Of a stretch of 64,000 bases of DNA, positions 23,973 to 37,697 are shown piece by piece (within the stretch, counting starts at the first letter, position 1; each line of letters starts with the position of its first letter). The position numbers and the translations under genes are program-made. The notes under the pieces are model-generated. The model was not told the DNA's origin, did no database searches, and worked only from the letters and a program-made list of their open reading frames with translations. Location: NCBI GenBank assembly GCA_905178155.1, contig CAJINV010000003.1:6105985-6169984 (forward strand), given 5' to 3'. This DNA is from Amoebophrya sp. A120. Lineage: Eukaryota > Protista > Dinoflagellata.

Positions 23973-26900
23973 CTAAAGCACAATATTCGTGTTTCCTGTT
24001 TGCTGAAGCATGGCTGCGGTGCTGTTTTTCATCATCCCGTTTTTCTGCTGCGACTGAGCGAAGGCAACACTTGCACTCCGCGCTCGACGAATATCCTTCT
24101 GTACCTGCGCTTCCTGATCTCGTTGCTGTCCAGCCGTTGCCTGCTGGGTCGCCGTGGTCAATTCCGAGATCGAATTCAGATCCAGTCTCGAGCTGCTGCC
24201 CCGACGGCCGCTTGGACTAGCAGAGAGCGGTGGCTGATCGTCCTGGTGTTCCGACACCAGGAGATCCTTTTCTTCTGAAGTGGAACTCCCACTAATCGCC
24301 TTGCTCATCATCTGCTGCGGCTCGAGAGAGTCGCGTCGCTGTAATCGCGAACGTTGCTCTACTTGTTGGAGGTCGCCCGGAGCAGCTTGACTGCTGGTGC
24401 TCTCCCCCTTCGTGGAAGAGCGTCGCTTGCGACTACTTTTGAATGCAGCTGCAGCGCCTGCTGTGGCCGCAGTGTGATCGCTGTACGAAGGTGATGTGGC
24501 CTTGAATGTATTGTCCTCCGAAACTAGCTGCTCAGCGGCCGCGCGGCTGCTCAACTGCTCCGTGATGCGCGTTGCCAGATGAGTGAGCAGGTCATTCTTT
24601 GATAAGCGGCGACTCTTCGAAGAGCTGGTGCTTTTGGAGGTCTGCTGCACGTCTACCGCGCCGTGCTGCTGCTCCTGATGTGCTATGCCGCCCTGCGACA
24701 GTAGATGATCGGATGCGAGCACCACATTATTCTGCCGGTTGCTGAACGATCGCTGGGATATTAAACCCTGATCGTCCCTGCTGTTATTCGCTTTGCTCTG
24801 CATGATATCGTTGATAGCTTCCAACATTTGACTGGAGACGGTTGTCGTGGAGCATCTACGAAATGGAAGATGATTTGGTGAGCAATTAGACGGGGACGAA
24901 GACACCGCGCCGGCGCCAGGGCTGTCGCCACCGACAGCGTCTGTGGTCTGGTGCAAATTAAACCCCGCGTTGTTGGCAGAGGTGGGTGTCGGGTTGCAGG
25001 AGGAAATCAGCTCTGCTAGCGCTTCGAGCACCCCAGCCGATTCCGTGGAACTTCTGCGTAGCTTCTTCTGTTCCACCCCCGAGAGCCGCCGCGACGTATT
25101 CGCCGAGGAGGAGGAAGAAGATTTGTTCTGCGCATGGGTCCCGCGCTCCTCTTGCTTTCCGGGAGAACCGGAGCGGCTCGAAGAGGTCGACGATTTGGAT
25201 TTCCTTCGATTTCGCTGCACGACAACGTCGACGCGGGTCGTGGAGTTATCATTTCCTTGTTCCTGCTGGTGCTCCAACCCCGGTTCTTCGTTTTCGTCCC
25301 CACCGGTACTTAAAGCAGCAGCAAGGTCCTGCGAGCTTCGGCGTGAGGTCCTTTGGCTGGGCTTTCTCGAGGTCCGTTGGCTCTGCTCTCGCGAAGTTTC
25401 GTCCTGCGCCGCCCGTCGGCTGCTCCGGGTTGTTCTTGACTGGTAGATTTCAGAAGCCACACCGTACGTGTACGACACGCTTTTGCTGCTGTCTGCGGCT
25501 CCTGGGGCTAGCAAGTGGTCACCACTGCTCTTCATGGTTGCTGCATCACCGCGACTCGGAGTCGTGTTGCTCCGTCCAACGACGAATTCTTGCAGCAGCG
25601 CTAGATCTGGAACCTCCACGCGGGCAGTACTGCGGCGCGCAAGCACCTTTGCCGCGTCAATCTTTTTTGGCAGATTTACTTCGAGGATGCGGTGCTGAGG
25701 CACAGGCACTTTATCATTCTCATTGCTCACGTCTCCAAGATCGGTTTTATCGGCTGCGATCGACGTGGTCTGAGCGGCAATTGAAACATGATTCTGGTCC
25801 TCATCCTCGCTCGCAAGACAGGATGCCACGGGAATTGAAACGGCCTGACTGGTCCCGCTCTCCGATGGTGCCGGAAGCAGAAACGGACTAGACAAGAATC
25901 TGTTTGAAGTGTGTTTCTGCATTTCTGCCGAGGCGGTACTGGATATTTCCCCCGAAAGCAAACGGGGAGGAGACTCCATGATCGGCACGGGCAGCGCGCG
26001 TTCCCCATGATCCACCCCCGTTTCAGTTACCTGCTGATGGCGCTCCAGACCAAAATCTCGGTGAAGCTGCCCGTCAGCGCTTTTCTCGGTCGTAGAAGAA
26101 AAAGCAATCGACGCACCTGAAGTAGAGTTCTTCTGCGTTAAAATCTTCCCTGTGACTGAGCAAGAATCGGGTTGGCGACGATCTTCCTGGGGTTCCATTT
26201 TTCGACCCTCTTCGTGCTCTTCGATACTACCGACTTGCTCCCGCGGCGCTGGTAGGTGCTGACGAGCAGCTTCATCCCGTGGGCCGATGTGTTGGAGCTG
26301 GTGGTTCCTCGAGCTTCCATGTCTCGTCGAATCGACAGGAGTTGCAACGTCTGCAGGACGACGTGCAGCAGTCTCTTCCCTTTTTTCTCCTTCGTTCTCC
26401 GCGGCGTCAGGCTCTATTTCGCCTGCTTCAGTTTTTACCGAGTCGCGCAACACGATGACACTGCCTGTGCCAAGTGCGTTTTGGCTCGCTGCTGTTTTGA
26501 ATCCGTTTCCAAAACTAATGTGCCTTTGAATGATTCGCAACACGGACTCAAATGCACGCAGATCGTAGTAGTTCAGGCGGTGGACGAACGTCTGGAACTT
26601 GTCCTTCGACAGCGTCCCCAGAATCGCGCTGTTCGTCTCTATCCAGTTTTTCGCAAGGTGGTCAGCCTTTTGCCTTTCGCGTCGCTCGGTGTACGTCAGT
26701 CGCGGCTTGCTTGCCACTTTTTTGCTGCTTTTCCGTCTGGACCTTCGGTGGTCCGACTCTCGCTTGTTACCTTCTGCGCCGGCTTTGTCGCCGATAGCGC
26801 TTGTTCCGCGCCAGCCTTTGGTTCTTTCCTCGTCGCTCGAGGCCGAGGAGGAATCCTCGGTGTCCGTGAACAATGCTTCGTCGCGGCGCAGAATGCTTCT

Positions 26901-29900
26901 GGAGAGCTTGTGGAATCGTTTGATGGCCCAAGGTGTGCGCATGTTGTATTTCCGTTGCCACGCCTCAAAAAGCAGCTGGCAGCCGTACAGGAACAGGATT
27001 CCAAGCAGGATCAGGAAGCAGAAACACAACTGACTAAGAACCTCCCGGAAAGTTTCCCGCTCCTGTTCTGTGACGGGTATCAAGGGGAAAGACACGACGA
27101 GGAGCAAGAGCAGGACGATCAGGAGGGTGGTGTCCACCATATTCAGCGTATCGTCCTTCCAGGGCCAGCAGCGCATCTGCAGAACCAGTGCAGTGAGAAG
27201 AAGCAGGAACATCCACGTGATCTGGGCCGACGGAAGGTCTGGCCCCACCACAATGGACAATACGGTGAGCAAGCTCCGTGTGCTGAGCACCAGGCTCCAG
27301 TAGTACCGCTCCGGGCGGAAGCGGAAAAACAGGAATTTGGTCTTCATCAAAAATTTGGGATCCGTCATGCTTCGCTCGGGCGCGACCCTGATCAAATGCA
27401 CCGCCGCCGCCATCAGACCCACCGGCCAAAGAAGGATGGCGAACACCGCCGCGATCACAAACTTGGGAAACTGGGGATCGTCCCAGGAGCACAGAACGTC
27501 CTCATACTGGTCCATGGAGGAAAGGTCGGAGCCAGGATGGTAGAAGCAAACGAAGGGCACGAAGCCTAACGCCGCGAAGCTTATGTAGAACGCCTGCGCG
27601 AAGAACCCGCAGCAGCAGAAAACCTTCTCGTACACCAACTCTTTCCGCACCCGCTGCCACAGGGCCTCCATGCTGTCCGAAAAACGGGCCAGCATCCGGT
27701 GACCGGGGCCTCTGTGGTCGTGCGCAGGTACCGTTATAGCGGTAGGGTTTGGTGCAGACCAAGAGTTCTCCGGACCTGTTTTCTGGTTCTTCTCAAGTTC
27801 GTCAACGAGCGAGTTCGTCGCTCCAGAGGAAGAGTCGTCATCTGAGCTGTCGCTTTCCGGCATTTCCGACATTCCGAGTTGCATGGCCCGGAGGCGGTCC
27901 AAAAACTGACCACTGAAAAACACCCCAGCGGGATTCAGAGCATTTCTTCGAGTTGTCGGTGGTTGCGGAACTGGTGCAGGTGCCTCGGTGAGGACGTCTC
28001 GGTCTGCGAGAGCGAGCATGTGTTCCCCTTCCCACTGTAGATGAAGTGCCATATCGGGGTCCGCGTGGTCTCCTGGTAGGCTCTGAAGTTGGTTAGTCCT
28101 CGTCGTGCGCAGCGCCCCAATACGCGGAGCTGCCTCGCTGCCGTTGTTCTTATCTGGTTTCATCGAGTCCTCGTCTTTGTCTACTTTTCTGGATTCCATG
28201 TCTTGCAAAATTGGCCCGAAGGAAAAGCTACAATTTACTTTGTTGCCTTTGTCCTTGACATGGAGGGTTCTTGCTGTCATCCCTCCGTGCTTTTCTTGTT
28301 GATCATTCTTTTCTTCTTGCTCACCTGCTCCTGGAGATTTCGCAGTAGCCAACTGCTCCCGGATACCGTTCGGCAAGTCGTCGTCCCCGCTGGTACTTCT
28401 CCTCATATCGATCTGACGGCTGGCGCTGGTCGTTGCGGGCTCGTTCCACGTTTCTTTCGGGTCTCGCTCTCGTACAACCTTCCTGACATTATGCTCGACG
28501 ATTCCACCTCGTGGTACCGGTACGCTGCGCAGGTCGTTCTCTGTTGGCTCCTCTTGTTCAAGGAGTGTTGGCGGTGCGACGCCGACGTCAACAACGGCGC
28601 CTGGAAATCCAGGCAGAGTTCCAGCTGCAGGAACCGCGTCAGAACTACAAGATGCTGATTCTTCAAAACGATGAAGCTCCAGGCTTTCCATCGAAATCAG
28701 ACTTTTGATTCGATTCGTTTCAGTAGCCCGCGCACCACTTCGGCCACCACCAAAGCGTGCCATTGCACTATTCCGGAGGTCGTTCGCAGTGGAAGTGACA
28801 AACTCACTTAACATGGAGAGTACGCTCGTGCGCTGAGATGCCCGAGCACGAGAGGCTTTGGCTTCCTTCTCTTTGTTGACCGCTTGAAAATTATCGAACA
28901 ATGATTCGGTCCATAAGGATCCGCGACTGGCGCCGGCGGTGGACATCCAAGAACTTCTGCGTGCTCCCGACCCCCCATCCATTACAGCGCTTTGCCGCGT
29001 CGAAACAGCGCTCGGAATGAGCTTCGTGAATGAGTTCCGCGATACTGATGCCATTCCACCTAGCTCTGGAATTGAGAACGACTTCGGAATGCTGTTAAGT
29101 ATTGCTTTATTTGTTGATTCTGTATCCTGCCCGATTTCCAAGACAGAAGAAAAAGTATTGCAAATTAGCACAAAAGTATGTAAATGTACCGGCAACAAAA
29201 ACTGCATGAAAGAACAACTTGTTCCGGGTCTACAAGTATCAATCTTACTTGAATCTACAAAAAAGCAAGTGGGTAGACAGATGTACGCGAGCTGTCTTCG
29301 GCGGGTGATCCAGTAGGCTCCGAAGTAGAGTGCAAACACAGTGAAGGGCATCATGATCCGGGCCAGGTAGTGTCGGAACGAGTCTCCCGAGGCAAAACAT
29401 TCAAAGCCAAGGCCGATTTCGTGCAACTCGAGGAGAAAGACCGTTCGCATTCCAGCAAAGAGCCCCTGTACGGCATCTGGGTGTCGAAAGGAAAATTTAG
29501 TACTGTCGCTGACAGGCCGACATCTACTGACACTGCACGCGTTTGCCACGATGACCCCCTCAGTCTACGCCTACAGACAGGCACACAAGAATTTTACGAA
29601 ATCTTCAGGGACGTTGTTCTAGACCACGAGACCCCCTCGCACCAATTGTATACCAACGTGATGGACTGCATATCTGCTTGCGGTCAGAGGCAGTCAAAGT
29701 GATGCAGTGCAAATAAATGGAGGTGATTTCGATTGACATTGACAGAATCTTGTAGTTTCCTAATGGCCACGACACCTTCATCGAAGAAAAGACTGCCAAT
29801 GTTTGAAAGGTCTGCACCGTCATGCCCACAAAGGCCCCGGTGAAGACGGCAGGACTTGCTTTGCTTGTAACGTCGTTGCCCACAGTGAGGATGTAGGTCA

Positions 29901-32031
29901 GCACCAGCATGAAGCAAGTCAAAAAAAACATAATTACCTTGTAGTTGAGTGGCAGTTGATAAAAAGGAAAAGCAGAACCGTATCCGTATGTCTGAAAGAA
30001 GTAACTTAGTTCATCGTCCGTATGTCTGAAAGAAGTAATTTAGTCCGCACAACCGCAGTTGTTGAAAAACGTTTTTTCGAAAAACTGCTCAAGGTCAAGA
30101 CACGAAGCAAAAGCAAACAGTAGCTTTGATACCACACTGAGCACGAAGTGGTCGAGGACGAACCTCTTCCACGCGCTTTCGTTGCACGGCGAGCACACTT
30201 TTCCATTGTAGCCTGCGTAGGAGGCACATTTTCGACACGTCAACCCCTGGTGATGGTCTCCGCAGACCTGTACTCCACCCGGGCAACGAGTGCGCAGCGC
30301 GTCGGTCATGATTTCCTGCATGCGAACCTCGTGAGTGCCCTTCTCGGTTACCGGCAGCTCGATTGTGGCGCCGCACTTGAATAGTGTGACCCCGTTCAGG
30401 TCGATCGCGTCTTCGGGAAAGTATTCCACGTGCTCGGCCAGATTTTTGAGCTGCATTGCCTGCGCGACCTCCCGGTTGTGACTACTGAACCGCCCGGGCC
30501 AGGGGCTGACCTTGTAGCCCGGCTTCGCGATGATGGTTTCCTGGTCGGTCCGTGAAACTGCAGCGCCCCAGTCGCATCGCATGCCAACGACGCATCGGCG
30601 GCACGTGGCCAGTCTCCGATCCCAAAAGTACTCGTTTTTACAGATGCACGCAGTTGCCGTGGTACTGCCTTGCCCGAAGGCGGTAACTTGATCCGGGCCG
30701 CAGTTCGTGCAAGCCGGGAAGAAATCTAGGGCATACCGTATGCTGCTCGTAGTTGCTGATGTTTCGCTACGCGTAGCTGCAGACGTCGAATCTTCCGTAG
30801 TACTAGTACTAGTGCGCCTCGCGGCCTTATCATTATTGCGCCCGTCATCAGGAGCGGTGGCGGTGGGTGCGTTGCTCTCTTGCGCGAAAGATCCGAGGAG
30901 GGCACGTGCACGACCGGGCACCGCTCCCTCCGCAACGTCGCTGCTGTTAATCGTTGCCGTGTCAAACGTGGACCAGCTGATGTTGACATGCAGCCCTTCA
31001 GGAAAGTTCCACACTGCGGAAATATCTGTTCCCGCCAACGTTGTGCTATTCTTACTGATCGCAACCCCTGCGTTCCGAAGCGCCCCTGCATCATACACGG
31101 ACCAAAACTGTTGTGCAAACGGTACACTGACCCCGTGGTAGGTCAGGAGCTCGGTGAGCCTGGATTGCAATTCTGCCACGGTGGCACCGGTTAAGAATGC
31201 CTCATCTGCCTCTGATGTGCCTGCAGTTTGAACACCCGCCCCACTCTGTGCGTCAATTATCCCAGTCGTTGGAAAACTGGTGCTGGTGCTCCTTGCGTGG
31301 CCACCGCGAAGGCGCTGTGCCTCGCGGGCACGCAGACTCTGCAGTCCCTCGCGTGTGATCGCGCGGAGATGCTCCACGGAGCGAAACACGAGTCGCCGCA
31401 CAGGCAATTCGGCACTGTAGGTCCCAGGTCGGCAAAGCCCACAAAGCAGCTGGTGCGGAATCACTTCGGTGCCGTCTTGAATTAGGTGCGAAACCGCTTC
31501 CCCGTCAAAGTGCTCGCCAGCCACACACAGCAGGCTCTTCTGGAACAGTGGCGACAGGCGTGTCGTAAACTTGTTGACCAGAACTGGGTCTGGAACAAAG
31601 GCGTTCTGGTCCGCAGACGCGACGAACACCTGCGGCGCCACACTCGTGGCTCTTGCACCCCTGCTGCCATTCTGCTCTTGTTCCCCCTCGAGCTCATCAA
31701 AGAAAGCGAAATTGTAGCGGCGCAGCGCCTCGTCTACCTGCGAGGAGATGCGGGGAGCCGCACTGCATTGCACCTGCTCTGACGCAGGTGCCTGAAGATG
31801 CGTCGTCGATGTGCTTGTTGCTACAGCATGGTGGAAAACTAACGGGGCAGAAAAAGGCACCACTCCATATTGGCACCTCGAGCAGAACAAACCACGGGCG
31901 GCAGACTTAAACGTCGTTCGTCGCCTGCTGCTCGACCTGCTTCCTACAGAGATAGTAGTTGTACTTCCGCGTTTCCCCGCTTGTTCGCAATGTCCCTGCG
32001 CTGCTTGCTGCCGCGGGTGCGCCGACATCAT
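23973..32031 (-). CDS. Large receptor-like membrane protein: Cys-rich (GCC2/GCC3/TNFR-like) ectodomain, multi-TM region and long disordered tail
   Basis: Ectodomain motifs CRPGTYS, CTNCGPDQVT..GSTTATACICKNEYF, CGDHHQGLTCRKCASY; TM-region motifs QTLAVFSSMKVSWP, KFLFFRFRPERYYWSLV, QMRCWPWKDDTLNMVD. Built from ORFs 30040..32031, 29605..29931 and 23973..29549; some junctions uncertain. Confidence 0.75.
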
Positions 32032-33093
32032 GTCACCATGCCTAACACGCCCCCGTGCGTCACAGACTAGAAGGCATTTGAAAGTGCTTCGACCAGCTCT
32101 ATGGAAAGAGTCAAGTTATTTTCATGGCGCCTTTTTCATTAATTTACCGCTACGAAAAAAGTCATGCAGAAAAATGTCGAGCAGACGGATGCAAGAGTGC
32201 TGCGCGGCTCGTGAGCGTGCGGTGGTGCCTACGTCTGTGGACCACTCCAAAGGCTTGGCTTCCAGGCCAAACCGTGTTGCTCCACTGAAAAGTTGCTCCC
32301 AACCTAAGTGCCGCGTTTCCTATTAATCTTTCTCTGAACGCCAAATTTTGTTCAGCTCAGCCTCACTTCATTTGTGAATATGTCTCTCATCTCTCTTTCC
32401 GTCGAATCACTCTAACATCTACTGTTTAAGTAAGCATGACGCGTCCTTATTTCGTACCTGATTCGGAAGACCAAGAAGGAAGAAGCACACGATAATCGCA
32501 TCCGAGACCGGCTTCATCTTTCGCCTAGAAAATCACCCCTTTCACAAGTTTTTATCATCGCCGCAAGCAATGAAAATTTTGCGTCATCTTGAAAAAATTT
32601 GATATATCAAATTCGCATCGGCGCGTTTGCCTTCGCGTTCGGGTTTTCCTTTTCGGGTTACAGATACGCCTTACCCAAAAATCGTGTGAAGTAGTTATGT
32701 GAAGACAAAAAAGTTGATCTGACACCAACTCTACCGCAGTGGGTAAAGATTCTTCGCTTTTTTATGCTGACCCCGCACTTTGTGGCCCAGACAACGAAAC
32801 TTGTAGTAGTTGCGGTAAGTTACATGGTAGCAACAGCAAAGCAAAAACGAAATTTGAGACCAAAGCGCAACAACATCTGTTTATCTTCAATATTCGATGT
32901 TTGCATCTTTACCTTTGTTTATTTAAAATCTGGCCGCGGCGTTGAAAAAAAAGACGCGGTCCCTATTGAGCTTGCGAGGACCTGCGCTGATCGTTTCCGA
33001 AAAGTATCAAAAGGGTTGATTGCTTCTACCTTATCAAAATTACAGCTTTTATCCGGTATAACTTTTAGTTCTGCTTTCGCGTCTGTCCATGCA

Positions 33094-34351
33094 TCACGAG
33101 TAGGAATATTCCGCCTTGTTATGGAGAATAAGCTCTTCCCCAACGAAATAGAAGCTGTCAGATCGCGTCTCCCATGGGTTGCTGATGATGACCTTTTTCA
33201 ACTCCTCGTCCAGAACTTCTGGCATGCTGTATATAATCTCCCAGGTATTTACGCTGTCAGGAATGCAGAAGGGCATCGTGAAGTCGTAGCTCTTTATGCA
33301 CCTGTTGTGATTGCGTTATCTTTGGATGTTGAAGAGATAAAGAAAAACATTTGCATTTGATCAATCATGAATACTTACTGAGCTGCACAATTCTACTCTG
33401 GCATCGAGTTGATGACTGCGAAAGCAAGGGGGCGCCAGCGCGTCGCGAAGGTACGACACATCCTGGCACAAACCGCAACATAAAACTGCTTCATTCGCAT
33501 GCCGCCTCCCGTATTGTAACATTACTCAAAAACCGTAGTTGTACTAAGACTAACTATTATACTCGTTCTTGAAATAGTGGCGTTCTATCATCCGAAAATT
33601 TCGCACTTCCTTGCTGCAACGAAATTTCAGTTCCGTTCCAATGGTCTTGAGGTCCAGAAACTTCGGGCCAAAATGGTAGCGCACACGGCGTACGTCGTCC
33701 GGGTCCTCTGGTGGTGGTGTTGCTGTATCCCACCGAAAAGCAAGCCCATACCAAAAACAAATGAATTTGCCAAAAAAAAATGCTGCTTTCATCATTTTTG
33801 ATTTTTTTTCTAGTTCTTGGCTCTCCCGCATGACAAATTTTTTGGGCACCTTTGTCACCTGGCACGCAAAACATACAGATACAGTGCATTCCCGATTTGA
33901 TTTTGTGACACAAAAAAAGCAACACAAATTTACGTAATCTGGTATGATGGGTGTCCTCACTTTTCTCGAGGATATGGTGCTGCAGCTGGCGCATTTTCTA
34001 AATCCGCAGCGACGTCGAAATGAGTCGTGCTCTCGCCGGTTTCCTGTGTGGAAGTATGATCACAAACACAATCTCTATTAATCCTCGCCACGAGCTGCCG
34101 GCTGAGGCTGAGTTGCGTAAGAGCAAAGATACTACTGCGGATACACGAGAATGATCGTTGTCAGATTACTGCGCAGTACTGTAGTTCTAGTTTGCCTCGT
34201 CGGCCACAGATGTGAATAGTACCTCGTCGATGCTCCTTATCTTGAACGCCAGAAATTCCACCCCGTAGTGATTCGCGTCGAGGTCACAGAGAAATTCGTC
34301 GCAGGGCCCTGCGAGCTGTGCAACATACTCAGGTGTTATCGGAATCATCAT
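33094..34351 (-). CDS. UNC119: UNC-119 (PDE-delta family lipidated-cargo carrier)
   Basis: Assembled exons: ITPEYVAQLAGPCDEFLCDLDANHYGVEFLAFKIRSID; VRYHFGPKFLDLKTIG...NFRMIERHYFK; KSYDFTMPFCIPDSVNTWEIIY...NPWETRSDSFYFVGEELILHNKAEYSYS. GT-AG introns 34044-34222 and 33302-33562, plus IE5. Confidence 0.95.
33726..33974. mobile_element. Introner-like TIR element IE5 (249 bp) in UNC119
   Basis: Ends TATCCCACCGAAAAGCAAGCCCATACCA / TGGTATGATGGGTGTCCTCACTTTTCTCGAGGATA; TSD TGCTG (33721-33725) and TGGTG (33975-33979). Removal gives ENAPAAA(P/A)TPPPEDPDD. The nearby GT and AG would splice out of frame. Confidence 0.87.
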
Positions 34352-35228
34352 GTTGCTTCCGTGGAAACGCGGCAGTCGCGCCTTCCTCCAACTCAGCAGG
34401 AGTCACTACTGTAATAAAACCTACAAGTGTAGACACATCCAGAGCCAGAGTGTGTGGTTAGTAAGGCGAAAACATCAAAAAACCTACAGGATGAAGACCG
34501 AAACAGGCGTGCGTACACGAATCGAATCGCACCAACACTGCTACCTGAACCATTGAAGCAAGTTGCAATTCGCTCGTGCCTTCGTTCTTACTCTTTTTCT
34601 TAGCGAGAAGGTTAGAAGTTTATGCATTACGATAACGATGAAGCTCAGAAATCTAGATATGTCTCTCACGCCACAGGGAGGCACTGCAGGGGAAGAAGGC
34701 GTTCTGCTTCTGTATATTTTTCGAATAGGCATAATTCAAGCCTTGCTGTGACAACGGTTTCTATGTGCATGTCTGACTGACGAGAGGACTGCGCACCCTA
34801 TGATCAGCAATACTCTTGATGCACTCAAACAACAACATGCTTGCTGTGCAACAAGCTAGTCGATAGCAGAGGCAAATTCAGCAACTCACTTTTCTCACTC
34901 TTGTTTCGGCCTACTCGCTTCACAGCCCGTAGAAACCTAGAGCTAGATGTAGACATTCTACTTATTGGAGAGACTCCCAAAAGTGCTGCACCGTTGTGGA
35001 TTTTATCGCCAGCACGCTGATGCTAACGCGACGTCAGTACAAAGTGTCTTTTCGCTTTACTATTGGGTCTGCTCCCGAAGCCGAGCAGCCTGCTTGAAGG
35101 GATTTTTGCTCTTGCGAGCAATGAAGAAGGAGATGCAGAATGACAGCTCGCAGCCATGACGTTTAGTTTCCATCAACTTAAAAACTAGCGATTCGCGAAG
35201 ATGGGTCAACAACGACTACACCTCCAGC

Positions 35229-37697
35229 TCACGCTTGCTTCAGTTTCGCTGGTCCTGGCCGAGATGCGGCGGTGGCCTGCAGATACACCGAGAGAATTAC
35301 CAAGCCGACGGCACCCACCAGAGGCTGAGACGGGTACCTCCCTTGCAGCATCACGTTCAGAACCGCCGTCAGCACGATGCCGCATACGATGGTGAAGCCC
35401 TTCGCGACGCCGCCGACGTACTTGGTCACCTAAAAAGTATCGCAAGAAAAAACTGTTTCAGTGTGAACTTGTGATGCAGAAAATGGGACACAGAACTATT
35501 TGTCTTGCTACACCTGCAAGACACTGGATTTGCAAGCGTGTTTTCCCTTGGGAAGCGCGCATGACAAATTTTGAGTGTCATGTGTAACTAATTTGTGATG
35601 CAGATCTTGCAAAGTCATCACAGTGAAACAGTTTTTTCGTGGGATAAAAAGGAACGCATACATAATACGATAAACATAAATCATAGTGCTACAACTAGAT
35701 GCCGATTTATTAGCTTTCAATTTTTGGACTCATCTACTTCTCGCATATTATGTGTAAGCTAAGCATACCCGCCTCGTCCATGATACCAGCGGCGCTTTGT
35801 AGCTCCTGCAATACGACTTTCTGAGTAGTAAGTAGGTACCTGTCCAACCACGATCCCACCAGACGCTTGCAACAGCAGCGGCACGCAGCTTAGTAGCTCC
35901 GGAATGTGCACGGTTTTGGATTATCGACTGCGAATATGTCTGGGTCTGGAAAAGAGCAGCTACTTACCCCCTCTGATGCTTGTTGTTTCGCATTCCTGCA
36001 ATTGCAAAATCTGTGCTGCATCACCAAAAAAGTCGTGGCGCAATGATCCACCAGGTTTCCAGACCCAGACATATTTTCATTTGCACTGGATATGGATGGA
36101 AATAGCGCCATTCTGTCTTGTGGAGGCAGCCAGAGCAGGTCGTAGGCGTACACTCCGAGGATTTGTAAAGCCGTCAGCGAAAAAGTCGCACACGACAGCT
36201 CCAGCGAGAACAGATACGCGTTCTTCTTGCCTTGTGGTGCAGGACTGGGAGTAGAAGATGTCGAATCACTTGTTCCTGTGGTTGTGCTTATCTCCTTCGG
36301 TCTACTTGCAGCTCTACTGCTCGTCGCCGAAGCACTCGCTTCTGAAGCAGTGCCAGCAGCAGTTTTTCGTGTCTTGCTTCGATTTTCTCCTGGAGTGCGA
36401 TTCCGGTCTCGACTTGTCTTCGCATTGGATTGCAACTTGTAAACTGTTGTTCCCGGTGACGTAGTTGAGGGTCCTGTCACGGAATTATTCCTGTCGCTGT
36501 GCATCTCCTTCTCGGAGTCTTGGCTCGATGTGGCAGCTGCGCTCCCTGCCGTTGTGCCCTGCAGCTTGGAGGTTTCTGCATCAGTCTTGCTTTCGTGGTC
36601 TGTGCCTGCTTCGGTCGTGGCGTCGCTTCTGCCATCTTTATTGTAGTTGTTCCCTGAAAACAACTTTTTCGGTTGAGTGCTCACCGAGGATTTCGAGGTC
36701 AGCAACATGGACCGTTCGCACATTGCAGAGCCAAAGCCCGACAAAAATGCAGCGCCGAGGGCATATACGAATCCGAGCGTAAATACTCCAAGCTCAGCGT
36801 CCCGTGGGTTCGGCGTCGACGAGCCGGCTTCCGTAAGCCTAAGAAGGACGACGGCACAGAAAAGCAGCAGAACGGCGACCTAAGTGTTGCGAATTCTACT
36901 AAATTCATTTTCTTATTCCTTCTGCTTCTAGGTCCAACGAAGCACGTCTTGCACCTCATCATCTACATCACTTCATTTACGTACGAGACACTGAGCTTGA
37001 CACAAACACCATAAGCTGCGCCAATAGCTTTATGCAAAAGCTAGTAGATGTAGAATACGAAAAATCTACAATACCATTTCTCGGGCGTTTGTTCGGCGGC
37101 CAAGGATGAAATACGTAAAAAAGACGGTAAATGCCACTTTTGTCGGGTTGAGTAGATTTGACACGACCGGATCCAGGCTGAGCATAGCGAGGTAAATGAA
37201 TATGTTCTGCAGGCTGTAGCTTACGCTGGGAATGAAAGCGGGCACCACTGACGTTTCCCACGACAGCGAGCGCATGCTGGATTTGAACTTCCCGATAACG
37301 GCGAGTCCCGCAAGCGAAAAAAAAATTTTGGAACCCTCGGTCAACAGAACCATCACGCGTGGATTCACCACAGGGTCGCGGCGGGCGTAATCTGGGCATG
37401 GTTTATTCCTTCGTTTCTCTTTCTTGCCGCTGCCAACAATGACCAATGTTGCGTATTACGATCAGATCAAGGTCGAAACACAGATCACGTGCCCAGCAAA
37501 GAATATGACTTTTTTTCATTCTCTTTAGTACTCACAGCGCGTCGCACAGAGATCTTTGACTTACCTCCCGAGAGGTGCTGTGTGACGATTGGTTGCACCG
37601 CGAACTGAAACATAAGCAGGACCATCCATGGCAAACCGCGGGCGTAGTCATACTGCAACGCCGACGTGTTTGCGACCGGCTTCAGCGGACTCAACAT
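35229..37697 (-). CDS. Nucleotide-sugar transporter, SLC35A (UDP-Gal/CMP-Sia transporter) family
   Basis: Motifs AFIPSVSYSLQN, LLNPTKVAFTVFF, FLSGFGSAMCE and, after removing IE7 and intron 35430-35839, LLQASGGIVVGQVTKYVGGVAKGF. Start codon approximate. Confidence 0.88.
35438..35646. mobile_element. TIR element IE6 (209 bp, family B) nested in a canonical intron
   Basis: Ends TATCGC...GTGGGATA; TSD AAAAG at 35433-35437 and 35647-35651. Aligns end to end with the reverse complement of IE1. Confidence 0.93.
35922..36092. mobile_element. Introner-like TIR element IE7 (171 bp, family A)
   Basis: TIR TATCGACTGCGAATATGTCTGGGTCTGGAAA / TTTCCAGACCCAGACATATTTTCATTTGCACTGGATA; TSD TGGAT at 35917-35921 and 36093-36097. 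Removal restores MALFPS-KTVHIPELLSCVPLLLQASGG. Confidence 0.93.

Noticed and set aside
29983-30044. Tandem duplication of TCCGTATGTCTGAAAGAAGTAAYTTAGT in an intron
   Set aside because: An ordinary local duplication with no further structure.
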